From the NCBI GenBank assembly GCA_027491735.1, contig JAOZGP010000026.1, forward strand, positions 1 to 49,345: a DNA stretch of 49,345 bases. The letters are read 5' to 3'. The translations under genes were made by a program, and so were the position numbers. Origin of the DNA: Thermoproteota archaeon. Its GTDB lineage: Archaea; Korarchaeota; Korarchaeia; Korarchaeales; Korarchaeaceae. Below are positions 9,376 through 19,275 of this stretch, one piece after another (the stretch's first letter is position 1; each line of letters starts with the position of its first letter). The notes under the pieces were generated by a model. That model was not told where the DNA came from and did not search any database. It worked only from the letters and a program-made list of their open reading frames with translations.

Positions 9376-10080
9376 ATGATCCCCTTCGAGCCAGAGGAAG
9401 TCCTCATATATGATGATGAGCACTGGATCATCCTCAGAAAGAAGAGAGAAATGGCTAGAATATACATGGAGCCACTGAAGGATCTGGGCTTATCTCCCAA
9501 ACTATACGGTAGTGTTGCAAGGGGGGACGTCCATATCAAAAGCGATGTAGATATAGTCGTAGAGAAGCCGCCTTGTCCCTTCTCGCTAGTAGATCATATC
9601 CTTCTCGATAGGTTCTCTGATCCGATCTCGCGAGAGATAATACAATCAACTCCAAAAAGTACACCAAAGGTATACATAAAGTATTCAGGGGACGTCACTA
9701 TTTCCTATCCGCTCTCTCAACTTGCCGAGAATGAGAGCTTCTTCTACAGGTTCGGTGGAGTGCTCTCACTGCAGGAGCTCGATGAGGTCAGAGTTCCCGG
9801 GGTTAACAAGAAGCTGAAGCTGATATATCCCACGAACGAAGGACATGCAGCAACTAGTATAATAGGCAAGGAATCCCTGGTTGCCGGTATTTTAAGGATC
9901 CCCTTGAAGGTAGTGATGGAGAGGGCTATGATACTCGCTAGGAGGAAAGTTGAGGGCACAACTGGGATCTATCTGACGTACAGGCTCGATCCAGGCGAGT
10001 CCGTTGAGGAAGCAGTTCAGAAGCTCATGAGGCTTAAAAAGGGGTTCAGAAACAGAATGACCCCCGAAGTCGTGAAATGA
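9376..10080 (+). CDS. Pol-beta superfamily nucleotidyltransferase (COG2413-like)
   Basis: YGSVARGDVHIKSDVDI motif; FGG and RVPGVNKKL segments. Confidence 0.85.
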   Translation: MIPFEPEEVLIYDDEHWIILRKKREMARIYMEPLKDLGLSPKLYGSVARGDVHIKSDVDIVVEKPPCPFSLVDHILLDRFSDPISREIIQSTPKSTPKVYIKYSGDVTISYPLSQLAENESFFYRFGGVLSLQELDEVRVPGVNKKLKLIYPTNEGHAATSIIGKESLVAGILRIPLKVVMERAMILARRKVEGTTGIYLTYRLDPGESVEEAVQKLMRLKKGFRNRMTPEVVK

Positions 10081-10085
10081 TCCCT

Positions 10086-11156
10086 TCAAATATTGTATCT
10101 AAGGATGGCCACAGCTCCTCCGAAGGATTTTACTGCGTCTCCAGCCTCAGTATTACCCTTAACAAAATGGAGTTCCGTTTTGTAGCTTCGCGCTTTTTCC
10201 ACGATCTCCAAGACCTTTTCCCTAAATTCTCTATTGAAAAGAAGATCACTTAATATGAGAACGGACTCAGCAGCACCACAGATCACAGCCCTGTATACCT
10301 CATCAATTCCATAAGAAGTTAAGTTGGATTCCCTAGAAATGAGTTCTAGGAACTTCTCCAGAATCTTAGAGGATCTGGCTATCTCTAGCTCACCCAACAC
10401 TCTATCTAGGACGCCCCTCTTTATGGCTTCTCTGACTCCGCTAATTGTAGCGCTACTGGTATCACAGACGTGGATCCCGCTTAAAAGAGCAGAGGATTTG
10501 TTCTCCAAATACTTCAGAAATAATCTCTTAAAGAAACCAGGTCCACAGACTATTATAACTTTAATTTCCTTCTCCTCAACGATTCTATTCAATATCTCCT
10601 CTAGTTCTTTGAAAGATTTGGATAGAGCCGACTCGTAGCTGGAACTTGTATCCTTAAACGGTTCCCCACTGACGGATGTGACCTCCCTAATCTCAAAGTT
10701 ATCTACTAAAGCTATAGTTGCGTTCCTCTCATCCAAGGCTACTATGATCGCTGTTGGGCGCCTGCTCGCCTTTACAGCCTTCTCGATTATCGAGATGTGT
10801 GCATTGCTCCACTCTTTCCTCTCCACCTCCACGACTCCTCCGACTCCTATGTTTAGGGTGTGGTACTTGCCCTGTATTCCATATCTCTCCGGGCCTCTGA
10901 TCACAACCCCAGTCATCCTCAATCTCTGTCCGTACTCATCGATTTTCGCTTTCTCGAGCTTTATTGTGATGGTCATGGGCACCCTTTCTCCGCTGTTTGG
11001 CCTACCACCCTCCGGCTTCACTCGTCTCACAGTCCTCATGGTGATAAGGTCCCCTTCCTCCAGCAGGAAGTACAACCAAACGAGGTCATTTACATTATCT
11101 ATCTTCAGTTTTATGGATCCTCTCTTTGGATCTTGCTTTAAGATTCTCATCCCCAC
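10086..11156 (-). CDS. pelA: mRNA surveillance protein pelota (Dom34)
   Basis: DLVWLYFLLEEGD, GKYHTL, CGPGFFK, YGIDEV, FGGAVAILRY; start GTG 11156 or ATG 11150. Confidence 0.95.
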   Translation of the reverse strand: MGMRILKQDPKRGSIKLKIDNVNDLVWLYFLLEEGDLITMRTVRRVKPEGGRPNSGERVPMTITIKLEKAKIDEYGQRLRMTGVVIRGPERYGIQGKYHTLNIGVGGVVEVERKEWSNAHISIIEKAVKASRRPTAIIVALDERNATIALVDNFEIREVTSVSGEPFKDTSSSYESALSKSFKELEEILNRIVEEKEIKVIIVCGPGFFKRLFLKYLENKSSALLSGIHVCDTSSATISGVREAIKRGVLDRVLGELEIARSSKILEKFLELISRESNLTSYGIDEVYRAVICGAAESVLILSDLLFNREFREKVLEIVEKARSYKTELHFVKGNTEAGDAVKSFGGAVAILRYNI

Positions 11157-11165
11157 GACCTTTCA

Positions 11166-12440
11166 TTAGTCTATCGTTATGATTCTGAGGAGGGCTGGGA
11201 CCTTAACCACCTCGTGAACCTTAGCTCCGACTATGGTCCTTACACCGTTCTGATAGGCTTTATCGACGATTCTCTGTGTTATTATCCCGTCATAAACTAT
11301 GTACTTGGCACCCCTCACTCTCTCCAACTCATTGTAGAGATCTTGGATGGAGACCTCAGTCATCGCATGGAAGTTCTCATCCAAGAAGAGCACCTTATTG
11401 GAACCGAGAATCCTCTCCACATGTTCCCTGAGTGGCTCAGGTATATGCTTCAGGTCAGCCTTCTTACTCCTTAAGTGGATCTCCTCGTGTTTTGGTGGAT
11501 GAACAGGTAGTGAGGCTGTGGATGAAGCAGTGTTGATCATAGCGACTTCCTCCTTCCTTTCATGGATCTTCTTCTTTGATCTCCTCTCTATGTGGAGTTC
11601 ACTTCTCGCTTCATCTGCCGGTATTGCTGAAGCTAGAGCGATTCTTATCTCCTTGGCGGTTAACTCCTCAACTCCTTTACCATGAGGAGCCCTAGCGACA
11701 AAATCTATATCAGTCTGCTCTAAAAGGGATCTGAGAACAAGTTCTCCTCCCCTATCTCCATCCACAAATGCCGTCGCATACTTTCTACTTATCAGATCAA
11801 TTAAGGATTCAGGTATTTTCTCCACAGCTCCACCAACAGCAATTACATTGTTGTACCCGTACCTTATCATATTGAGAACATCAGCTCTGCCTTCGACTAC
11901 AATAATCTCATCGGATTCCTCTATCCCCTTAGCAGCGGGAAGACCCTCCCTTCCATAGAATATGAGGCTGGACTTTGCGGCCTCAAGCTTTATGAGGTCA
12001 AGGATCTTTTTGTACTCGTCTCTGGAACTTGCAGTCCACGACTTGAGAATCTCCGCAGCTCTCTTAGCGACTTCTCTCCTTCTCTCCTCTCTCTCATCGG
12101 TTATGGATCTTAAAGTGACCCTGGCTTGATAAGGACCGACCTTCTCTATTGTCTCCATTGCAGCTACCAACAGAGCCGTGTTGACTTTATCTAGTCCGGA
12201 TGGAAACATTATAACGCCTTCTGTTTTCTCATTGACTTTCCTAAGTTTAACGTAAATCCTGCCTACCTTTCCAGTTCTCTGAAGCTCCTTAAGCTCTAGT
12301 TCAGGACCGAGAAGGCCTTCAAGCTGTCCAAATATGGCACCTATAACATCACTAGGGTCCACAACTCCGTTGACTGTTATGGACAGCCTGGCGATATACT
12401 TGTGGGGATGGACCCTAGATCTCTGAGCGTCATGCTCCAT
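11166..12440 (-). CDS. dnaG: Archaeal DnaG (TOPRIM, exosome-associated)
   Basis: DVIGAIFGQLEGLLG, VVEGRADV, FVDGDRGG, DGIITQR. Confidence 0.96.
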   Translation of the reverse strand: MEHDAQRSRVHPHKYIARLSITVNGVVDPSDVIGAIFGQLEGLLGPELELKELQRTGKVGRIYVKLRKVNEKTEGVIMFPSGLDKVNTALLVAAMETIEKVGPYQARVTLRSITDEREERRREVAKRAAEILKSWTASSRDEYKKILDLIKLEAAKSSLIFYGREGLPAAKGIEESDEIIVVEGRADVLNMIRYGYNNVIAVGGAVEKIPESLIDLISRKYATAFVDGDRGGELVLRSLLEQTDIDFVARAPHGKGVEELTAKEIRIALASAIPADEARSELHIERRSKKKIHERKEEVAMINTASSTASLPVHPPKHEEIHLRSKKADLKHIPEPLREHVERILGSNKVLFLDENFHAMTEVSIQDLYNELERVRGAKYIVYDGIITQRIVDKAYQNGVRTIVGAKVHEVVKVPALLRIITID

Positions 12441-12485
12441 AAATTATCACCAACAACAATCCTCCAGGATGACTGCCAAGTCTGG

Positions 12486-12572
12486 ACTGTGCGCCCACCA
12501 GCAATCCCCACGGGTCAACGGTCTGCCTACGCTGTCCTCCCTTCCCGGGGGTCAATCATTCTGGTGGGCGCT
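12486..12572 (-). ncRNA. Candidate single-hairpin box H/ACA guide RNA (or structured dnaG leader)
   Basis: Perfect 11-bp stem (12491-12501 with 12561-12571) followed directly by ACA (12490-12488) on minus; internal loop; upper stem with GA/GA K-turn-like element; TATA TTTAAATA at 12596-12603. Confidence 0.5.
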
Positions 12573-12621
12573 GATTAAAAACATCCAAAACTCTTTATTT
12601 AAATTTCCCTCAACCCTCTGT

Positions 12622-13695
12622 TCAGTGGGATCTTTTGACGGCAAGTCGAACAACATCTTTGAGAATATCGGAGTATTCCTCAGAGAAGCCGATATCATCT
12701 ATGAGATCTATACATCTCTCTGAGTATTTTTCAGCCAAGAGCTCTGAATATGATAGAGACCCAGTTCTCTTTACAACCTCTCTAACGAACTCAAGCTCAT
12801 TTTCCGTCAGGTCAACCTTGCCCAGAACGGAAACAAGCCTCTTCCTGTCATTCTCGGGCAATATCTCATAAGCCTTGACTACAAGCAGGGTTCTCTTCCC
12901 TTCCTTCACATCACTATCCACAGGCTTGCCAGTCACGTGAGGATCGCCAAATAAACCTAGAATGTCGTCTCTCACCTGAAAACCGACACCTAGAAGTTTT
13001 CCTAATTCATCCAAATCATCTAATAAACCCTCCTTTCCGGCTAAAATAGCTCCTATCTTGAAGGAAGCCGAGAAGAGGGCTCCAGTTTTGAGCTCCAGCA
13101 TATGGATTATCTCCTCCGCAGATGGCATAGTTAAGCCGCTAAGGTACATGTCGAGGGTTTGGCCTTCTATCAACTTCCTGTAGGCTGTTGTATACTCCGA
13201 CACCGCCTTGACGATTTTATCCGAGCTGAATCCACTGGTGAGAAGAGCCTCTATACCGAGTTCAAGTAAGCTATCCCCACCTAAAATGCCCAAAGAGATG
13301 TCAGAAGTTCTCGGGGGAGAGAACTTATACTTCTTCTCTCTGGGTAGATCCTCGTAAAACCACTTCCTGAAGTCCACATGAAGAGCAGGCCTACCTCTCC
13401 TGCTCTCACTTTCGTCCATTATGTCGTCATGAACAAGGGACGAATTGTGCATGAACTCCACGGAGATTGCTGCTCTGATTATCTCACTGACCTTCTCCCC
13501 GCCAAGCCCCCAGAAAGTGGCTAGCACTATCAGGGGTCTGAGCCTTTTACCTCCGGCAAGAATGTAGTCGAAGATCTTTCTGTAATAAGCGCCGACAATA
13601 TCGTGATCTCTTCGCAGAGAGGAGAGCATCGCGCTGATCTCCTGGTTTATTGCTGGAACGTATCTCTCAGCGAACTTCTTAAACAGACCACCCAT
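12622..13695 (-). CDS. idsA: Trans-prenyl diphosphate synthase (IdsA/GGPPS family)
   Basis: GGKRLRP, HDDIMD...RRG, GQTLD, KTGALF, FQVRDDILG, SDVKEGK. Confidence 0.93.
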   Translation of the reverse strand: MGGLFKKFAERYVPAINQEISAMLSSLRRDHDIVGAYYRKIFDYILAGGKRLRPLIVLATFWGLGGEKVSEIIRAAISVEFMHNSSLVHDDIMDESESRRGRPALHVDFRKWFYEDLPREKKYKFSPPRTSDISLGILGGDSLLELGIEALLTSGFSSDKIVKAVSEYTTAYRKLIEGQTLDMYLSGLTMPSAEEIIHMLELKTGALFSASFKIGAILAGKEGLLDDLDELGKLLGVGFQVRDDILGLFGDPHVTGKPVDSDVKEGKRTLLVVKAYEILPENDRKRLVSVLGKVDLTENELEFVREVVKRTGSLSYSELLAEKYSERCIDLIDDIGFSEEYSDILKDVVRLAVKRSH

Positions 13696-13798
13696 AAGGA
13701 GATAGCTCCCTCCCTCAACTATTTATGCATGACTATAAACACTTCCTCAGAGTGAAAGAGTTTAAATTTCAAGCTCTCCTTCCCACCTTGGTGGTGAA

Positions 13799-14002
13799 AT
13801 GGGGACCGTAAAGGAGAAGAACATAAAGAGGGTCGCTTACAAACTCGTCAAGGAGTACTCACAGCTGTGGTCCATTGATTTCGAGCACAACAAGAAGGTT
13901 CTCAATGAGATAGCGGACATAAAGTCCAAGAACTACAGAAACAGGATAGCTGGATATATAACTAGACTCAAGATAAGAGAACAGCAGGGAACTTTGGTGT
14001 GA
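13799..14002 (+). CDS. rps17e: 30S ribosomal protein eS17
   Basis: DFEHNKK, SKNYRNRIAGYITR. Confidence 0.96.
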   Translation: MGTVKEKNIKRVAYKLVKEYSQLWSIDFEHNKKVLNEIADIKSKNYRNRIAGYITRLKIREQQGTLV

Positions 14003-14134
14003 AGCGACCTACGATGGCCACAACTCTTGTTTTCAGATTGCTAGTCTCGTTTTAGTGAATGCTTTTTGTTGTTTTCATCGATTTCCATAGGAGACTTTTT
14101 AGCCCTTTCGAGCCTTGAGCAGATAGTGGCGAAG

Positions 14135-15481
14135 ATGAGGGTTGGAATAATAGGACAGGGATATATAGGACTACCGCTGGCCCTCCTGATAGCTTCTACA
14201 GGCATTGAAGTTCATGGTTATGATATAAACAAAAAACTTATAGTAAATCTCCTTGAGGGGAAACCCCCATTCGAGGAAGAGGGGATAGGAAATCTCCTGA
14301 AATCGCTCCTGGGAAAGACCTACTTCCCGACATCTGACTTAGATAGCCTGGACAGATTGGACGTCGTTATTATAGCAGTTCCAACTCCTCTATCTGAATC
14401 GAGTCCGAACCTGATGTTCCTGAGGTCAGCCCTTGAGTCTGCAGCAAAGGTCGTGAGGAGGGGAGGGACCATAATAGTTGAAAGCACCCTCCCTCCAGGA
14501 TCAAAGAACAAAATAGTTGGCTGGCTTCGTGAGTTAGGGATGGAAGAGGGTCGAGACTACTATATAGCTTACTGTCCTGAGAGGGCGATGCCTGGCAGAC
14601 TTCTGGAGGAACTCATATGGAACACCCGCATAATAGGAGCTGATGACGAGGAGGCGGCCAGGGCATCAGAGGAGATCTACAAACGTTTTGTGAAGGGAGA
14701 AATCATAAGAACATCTTTCTCCGTAGCTGAGGTTGTAAAACTCGTCGAGAATACCTACAGAGATGTAAACATAGCGCTGGCAAACGAGGTAGCCAGAGCT
14801 TGTGAGGTCCTCGGAGTTGACTACTGGGAGGTCATGAGGCTAGCTAACAAGCATCCTAGGGTGAACTTGCTAAGGGCGGGCGTGGGAGTAGGAGGCTCTT
14901 GCCTTACGAAGGACCCTCTCTTCCTTTACCTGGCCTCAAAGGACAGAGGATACGAGCCTGATTTGATCCTCTATGCCAGGAGGGTGAACATGGATGGACC
15001 GGTCAGATATGCCAGACAGGTACATCGACTTCTCTTCCAAACTAAAAATGGATACGGTAGCAGGAAGATAGCTGTTCTTGGTGTAACTTATAAGGGAAAT
15101 GTTAACGACACTCGTGAAAGCCCAGCAAGAGACTTCATAAAGTTCTTCCTCCGTCATGGCTACATGGTGTCGGTCTTCGATCCGCACACCGGCGAGACCT
15201 TCGGAGGCATGAGAGCCGAAGATCCTTACGAGGCCGCTTCTGGAGCAGACTGCGTCGCCGTCTTAGCAGATCACTGGGAATTCAAGGAACTGATCCTTGA
15301 TAAACTCGCCGCCTTGATGACCGATCCTCCGGTGCTGTTCGATGGTAGAGGAATGTTTTCAAGAGAAGACGTTGAGAACAGCGGGATTATATATGTGGGA
15401 GTTGGACTTCCACATCTCATAAAAGAAACTGTAGTGGATGCTCCCCTAAGCTTTTATCCTCTCAACAAGAAAGCTATATAG
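14135..15481 (+). CDS. wecC: UDP-N-acetylhexosamine (UDP-ManNAc-type) dehydrogenase
   Basis: GQGYIGLP, AVPTP, EST, PERAMPG, KLVENTYRDVNIA, GGSCLTKDP, DTRESP; probable ATG at 14135. Confidence 0.85.
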   Translation: MRVGIIGQGYIGLPLALLIASTGIEVHGYDINKKLIVNLLEGKPPFEEEGIGNLLKSLLGKTYFPTSDLDSLDRLDVVIIAVPTPLSESSPNLMFLRSALESAAKVVRRGGTIIVESTLPPGSKNKIVGWLRELGMEEGRDYYIAYCPERAMPGRLLEELIWNTRIIGADDEEAARASEEIYKRFVKGEIIRTSFSVAEVVKLVENTYRDVNIALANEVARACEVLGVDYWEVMRLANKHPRVNLLRAGVGVGGSCLTKDPLFLYLASKDRGYEPDLILYARRVNMDGPVRYARQVHRLLFQTKNGYGSRKIAVLGVTYKGNVNDTRESPARDFIKFFLRHGYMVSVFDPHTGETFGGMRAEDPYEAASGADCVAVLADHWEFKELILDKLAALMTDPPVLFDGRGMFSREDVENSGIIYVGVGLPHLIKETVVDAPLSFYPLNKKAI

Positions 15482-16537
15482 GTCAACAATCTCCGTCTTC
15501 ACTTTTCTCTTATTTCTCTTTCGGGATTCACTCAGGAGCCAGTATGAGAACGGATCTGCAACCACGAGGAGGTCAACCTTCTCGTCCTTCAAGGCTGTGA
15601 AAATACCGTCCACCATTCGCTCCAGAGTCTTCAAGGAAGATATTTCACTTAAAGAAAATCCGCACGACATACAGAACCATGAGGGCATCTCTGCAAATTT
15701 CTCCTTCATGAACTCCTCTAGTAGAGAGGCATGCTCACGTTTTAGGGAACAGGTTGGAAGAAAGGCTACTTTACGGCTTTTATGCTTGTGGCGCCTTTTT
15801 CTTAATCTCTTTATAAGCTTCTTCTCACATAGTTCCTCGAGAAGTGTTGAGACCTCAAGCCCCAAGTCCCTCATTGTGGCTTTACATAACTCACAGATAA
15901 CAAGAACCCTAGCTATCTCCCTATCACGTATGTGCTCCCTGAGCTTCACTAGATAATCTTTGTAGGTCTCCTCATAACCAGCTATCCTGAGAAACTGGCC
16001 GCAACAGGGCTCGTTTTCTCCAAGGCTGTATACCTTCTCTCCTAAAATAGTTTCTGCTATGAAGAAGGCTGAGGAAGCCATTTCAGGAGCCCTATTAGCC
16101 CAGCATCCGGAGAAAAATAGGATATTTGCTTCCTTATCTGGGGAGTAGTTAGGAGGAAGCCATTTTCCCTTGCGATGTTCTCGAGACCAAGGTTGCATTA
16201 TATCTAACAGAGAATTCCTCATCTTAGCTATCTCATATGGTGGGACATAGCCCAGTTTGATGAGTTCTGCCCTTATCCCAAGCATGAGTTTGGACACCTC
16301 GATATCCAGGGGGCAGCTTCTATCGCACAATGAGCAGAGGCCACATTCATACAAGTACTCTATGGCATCCACTGATATTCTCATGATCCCCATGTCTATG
16401 GCTCTGAAGACGCTTATCCTGGCTCTAGGTCCAAGAGTCTCATTTCCATCTATGAATCTGACGAGTGGGCAGGAGTCGTTACACGCTCCACATGATATGC
16501 ATTTAGAGAGGAGAGACGCGAGCTCTTTTGAGAACAT
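15446..16537 (-). CDS. Fe-S oxidoreductase, GlcF/GlpC/HdrD-like (two 4Fe-4S motifs plus CCG domains)
   Basis: CISCGACNDSCP, CGLCSLCDRSCP, FSGC, EPCCG; adjacent to the FAD subunit. Confidence 0.85.
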   Translation of the reverse strand: MFSKELASLLSKCISCGACNDSCPLVRFIDGNETLGPRARISVFRAIDMGIMRISVDAIEYLYECGLCSLCDRSCPLDIEVSKLMLGIRAELIKLGYVPPYEIAKMRNSLLDIMQPWSREHRKGKWLPPNYSPDKEANILFFSGCWANRAPEMASSAFFIAETILGEKVYSLGENEPCCGQFLRIAGYEETYKDYLVKLREHIRDREIARVLVICELCKATMRDLGLEVSTLLEELCEKKLIKRLRKRRHKHKSRKVAFLPTCSLKREHASLLEEFMKEKFAEMPSWFCMSCGFSLSEISSLKTLERMVDGIFTALKDEKVDLLVVADPFSYWLLSESRKRNKRKVKTEIVDLYSFLVERIKA

Positions 16538-16538
16538 C

Positions 16539-17873
16539 TCAATCACCCAGAACAACCTTACCAGGATTCATTATCCCACTCGGATCCAAGACCTTCTTGA
16601 TCTTCTTGTACAGGGCTTCATTGTCGAGCTCTTTAAATTTGAGACCAGCCATGTTGAACCCAACGCCTGTCCCGTAACCGAACGAAGCACCTAGCTCCTC
16701 TAAACTCTGTGCCAACATCTCCACAGCCTTGTGAGCTCTCTCTCTGCTTTTATTGTCTAGAGAATCATAGGAAAATCCTGTTAAAATCCAGTTCAATCCG
16801 GGATTTATGATTGTTACCGTGTTAAGTTTCATTCTTGCTCCCACATGATCTATCCTACTAACTGCTTCATGCAACAGATCAGAGTTCGTCGTGAAACTGA
16901 CGAAGTTCACAGTCTTTCCAGTAGTCTTCAGATTCTCCATGAGATATGTGTTTCCCTTCCAGTAGGGAAGGATTCTCGGATCTAACTCCAAGACATCGAC
17001 TTGAAGTATCTCCAACTCTTCAGAAAGTTCCTTTATGAACTCTACAAGGCTGTGAGGCTCATGAGGGATTATCGTGTAGGCCCTAGCCCCCAACCTCTCA
17101 TCTGGTAGGTGCACCTCGAAGATATCCCTGTAGTAGATTGTGTACCCGAGCATAAGCTCTCCTCTATAGGATAACCTGCTGTACAGATCTAGGGCATCTC
17201 CCACATGAGAGAAATCAACAGTTAGACCGAAGAGCCTAAGAGGCCTTCTCCTGAGCCTGACCTTAACTTTTGTGATCACACCCAGGGTCCCTTCAGTTCC
17301 TATAAAGAGTTTCTCCATTTTCCCCTCGCAGGGAATTGTTGCTCCCAGCTCCCAGATAGAACCATCAGCTGTCACGACCTCTAGACCCATGATACTCTCT
17401 CCCACAGTTCCATAGAACAAGGAAAGAGGAGACGCTGAGTTCTCGGCGACCATCCCCCCGAAGGTAGAGAGACACAAACCATCCGGATCTACGGGGAAGA
17501 AGAGATCCTCAGGCAACTCCTTCAATAACTCCCTCAGGCAGACTCCTGCTTCCACCGTGGCGGTCATATCGTCTGGATTTACTTCCAGGACAGAGTTCAT
17601 TCGTCTCATACTCATTATCGCTCCGGAGCTTGATATAGGCCCGCCTACAAGGGATGTCCCATTCCCACGCGGGACAATCGGAATTCCATTTTTTGAGCAC
17701 TCCACTAGGATATCTGCAACTTCCTCAGGATATGCCGGTCTTATCACAAAGTCAGGCTTGCTCCAGATATTGTACGCTGAAAAGGAGTAGGCAACTCTGT
17801 CTATTTCAGCACTAAGTATGTTGTCCTTGCCAACTATCTTCTCGAGGGATGAGAGGAAGCTTTCTTTGCTCAT
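16539..17873 (-). CDS. FAD-binding oxidoreductase, GlcD/D-lactate dehydrogenase family
   Basis: PRGNGTSLVGG, VEAGV, TFGGMVAEN, GTEGTLGVIT, LDPSGIMNPGK. Confidence 0.87.
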   Translation of the reverse strand: MSKESFLSSLEKIVGKDNILSAEIDRVAYSFSAYNIWSKPDFVIRPAYPEEVADILVECSKNGIPIVPRGNGTSLVGGPISSSGAIMSMRRMNSVLEVNPDDMTATVEAGVCLRELLKELPEDLFFPVDPDGLCLSTFGGMVAENSASPLSLFYGTVGESIMGLEVVTADGSIWELGATIPCEGKMEKLFIGTEGTLGVITKVKVRLRRRPLRLFGLTVDFSHVGDALDLYSRLSYRGELMLGYTIYYRDIFEVHLPDERLGARAYTIIPHEPHSLVEFIKELSEELEILQVDVLELDPRILPYWKGNTYLMENLKTTGKTVNFVSFTTNSDLLHEAVSRIDHVGARMKLNTVTIINPGLNWILTGFSYDSLDNKSRERAHKAVEMLAQSLEELGASFGYGTGVGFNMAGLKFKELDNEALYKKIKKVLDPSGIMNPGKVVLGD

Positions 17874-17946
17874 GGTCCTATTCAGTCCGGCATTCTCCAG
17901 GAAATGTTAAAAAGATCTTCCTTACCCGGAAGATGTCGGATGGCTC

Positions 17947-19044
17947 ATGCTAAGGACCCCTCTGTTCGATCTTCATTCAGAGTTGGGTGCTCATTTTACT
18001 GAGTTCGCCGGGTGGGAAATGCCTCTGAGATATAGAAGTTCTATAAAGGAGACCTTAGCTGTTCGGAATTGTTGTGGGTTATTCGATGTATCTCATATGG
18101 GCCGGTTGACGATAGGAGGTCCCGACTCCCTGAAGTTTCTCCAGCTAGTAGCGACAAACGACGTAGACATTGAGCCGGGAAGAAGTAGGTATACCTTAAT
18201 CCTAAATGAGGATGGTGGAATAAAGGACGATGATGTAGTCTTCAGGATTAAGGAGAGAGAGTTTCTCATGGTCATAAATGCTGGAAGCAGGGAGAAGATA
18301 ATTAATTGGCTGACAAAGGTCAAGGAGGATAGGCATTTCGATGTGGATCTCGAGGATGTAACCTTCAAAACAGTCATGATAGCTGTTCAAGGGCCTAGAT
18401 CCACTGAATTCCTATCTAGTTTATTGAATCTACCTAAGATTAGGAGATATAGGCATAAGGAGGTTAACTACAGGGATGATCGTGTTCTGGTGAGCAGAAC
18501 CGGCTATACTGGAGAGGACGGGTATGAGTTAATATTCCATAACGCCGATTATGCAGAAGAGGTCTTCAGGAAGCTGGCTAACTTAGGAGTAGAACCATCC
18601 GGTCTTGGCGCCAGGGACATACTCAGACTGGAAGCTGGAATGTGTCTCTACGGTCAAGACATGAATGAAAACACAACCCCCATTGAGGCTCAGCTGGAGT
18701 TCGTTGTGCGCTACGATAAGGATTTCATAGGAAAGGAGGCTCTTCTTCGAAAAAAAGAAGAACCTCCACTCTACTTAAGGGCTGGGATAAGAAGCAGAAC
18801 TAGGCGAAGCCCTCGATGTGGATCGAAGCTTTTTTACGAAGACGAGGAAGTGGGTTGGGTCACAAGCGGAACCTTCAGCCCAACGGTCGGAGTTGGAATA
18901 GGTATGGGATATCTAAAAAGAGGACTTTCCAAACCGGGAACTAAAATTAAAGCTCTGGTCTCAGATCGCCAAATAGAGGTGATCGTATCTGAGATGCCCT
19001 TCTACGACACCACTATCTATGGATACAGAAGAAGGGTACAGTGA
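17947..19044 (+). CDS. gcvT: Glycine cleavage system aminomethyltransferase T
   Basis: FAGWEMPLRY, FDVSHMG, SRTGYTGEDGYE, GLGARDILRLEAG, VTSGTFSP. Confidence 0.95.
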   Translation: MLRTPLFDLHSELGAHFTEFAGWEMPLRYRSSIKETLAVRNCCGLFDVSHMGRLTIGGPDSLKFLQLVATNDVDIEPGRSRYTLILNEDGGIKDDDVVFRIKEREFLMVINAGSREKIINWLTKVKEDRHFDVDLEDVTFKTVMIAVQGPRSTEFLSSLLNLPKIRRYRHKEVNYRDDRVLVSRTGYTGEDGYELIFHNADYAEEVFRKLANLGVEPSGLGARDILRLEAGMCLYGQDMNENTTPIEAQLEFVVRYDKDFIGKEALLRKKEEPPLYLRAGIRSRTRRSPRCGSKLFYEDEEVGWVTSGTFSPTVGVGIGMGYLKRGLSKPGTKIKALVSDRQIEVIVSEMPFYDTTIYGYRRRVQ

Positions 19045-19275
19045 GCTATCATTCCGGTCGGTTGCAACTCTGCGAAGCTGTAGATATCATCGCGGTCTTC
19101 TATCCTCAGCTCATCATCTGATCTTCAGGGATCGTTACTCAAATTCTCATTCCTCTTAACTATCCTCACTCTAGCTTAGGATCCCACAAATTGGGGACAC
19201 CACATCGTCAAAAGCAACTCAAATTAAATGTTTCGGGAAAGGTCGGTGGATGTCACACTTTTTGCAATCCGTGGA

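Noticed and set aside
12505-12550. CCCGGGAAGGGAGGA...GTAGGCAG resembles SRP RNA helix 8
   Set aside because: The conserved CCAGG strand and AGCA are absent, and there is no room for helix 6 or an RNA of about 300 nt.
15446-15481. 36-nt convergent overlap of wecC and the Fe-S gene
   Set aside because: Short tail-to-tail overlaps recur in this compact genome; no sign of function.
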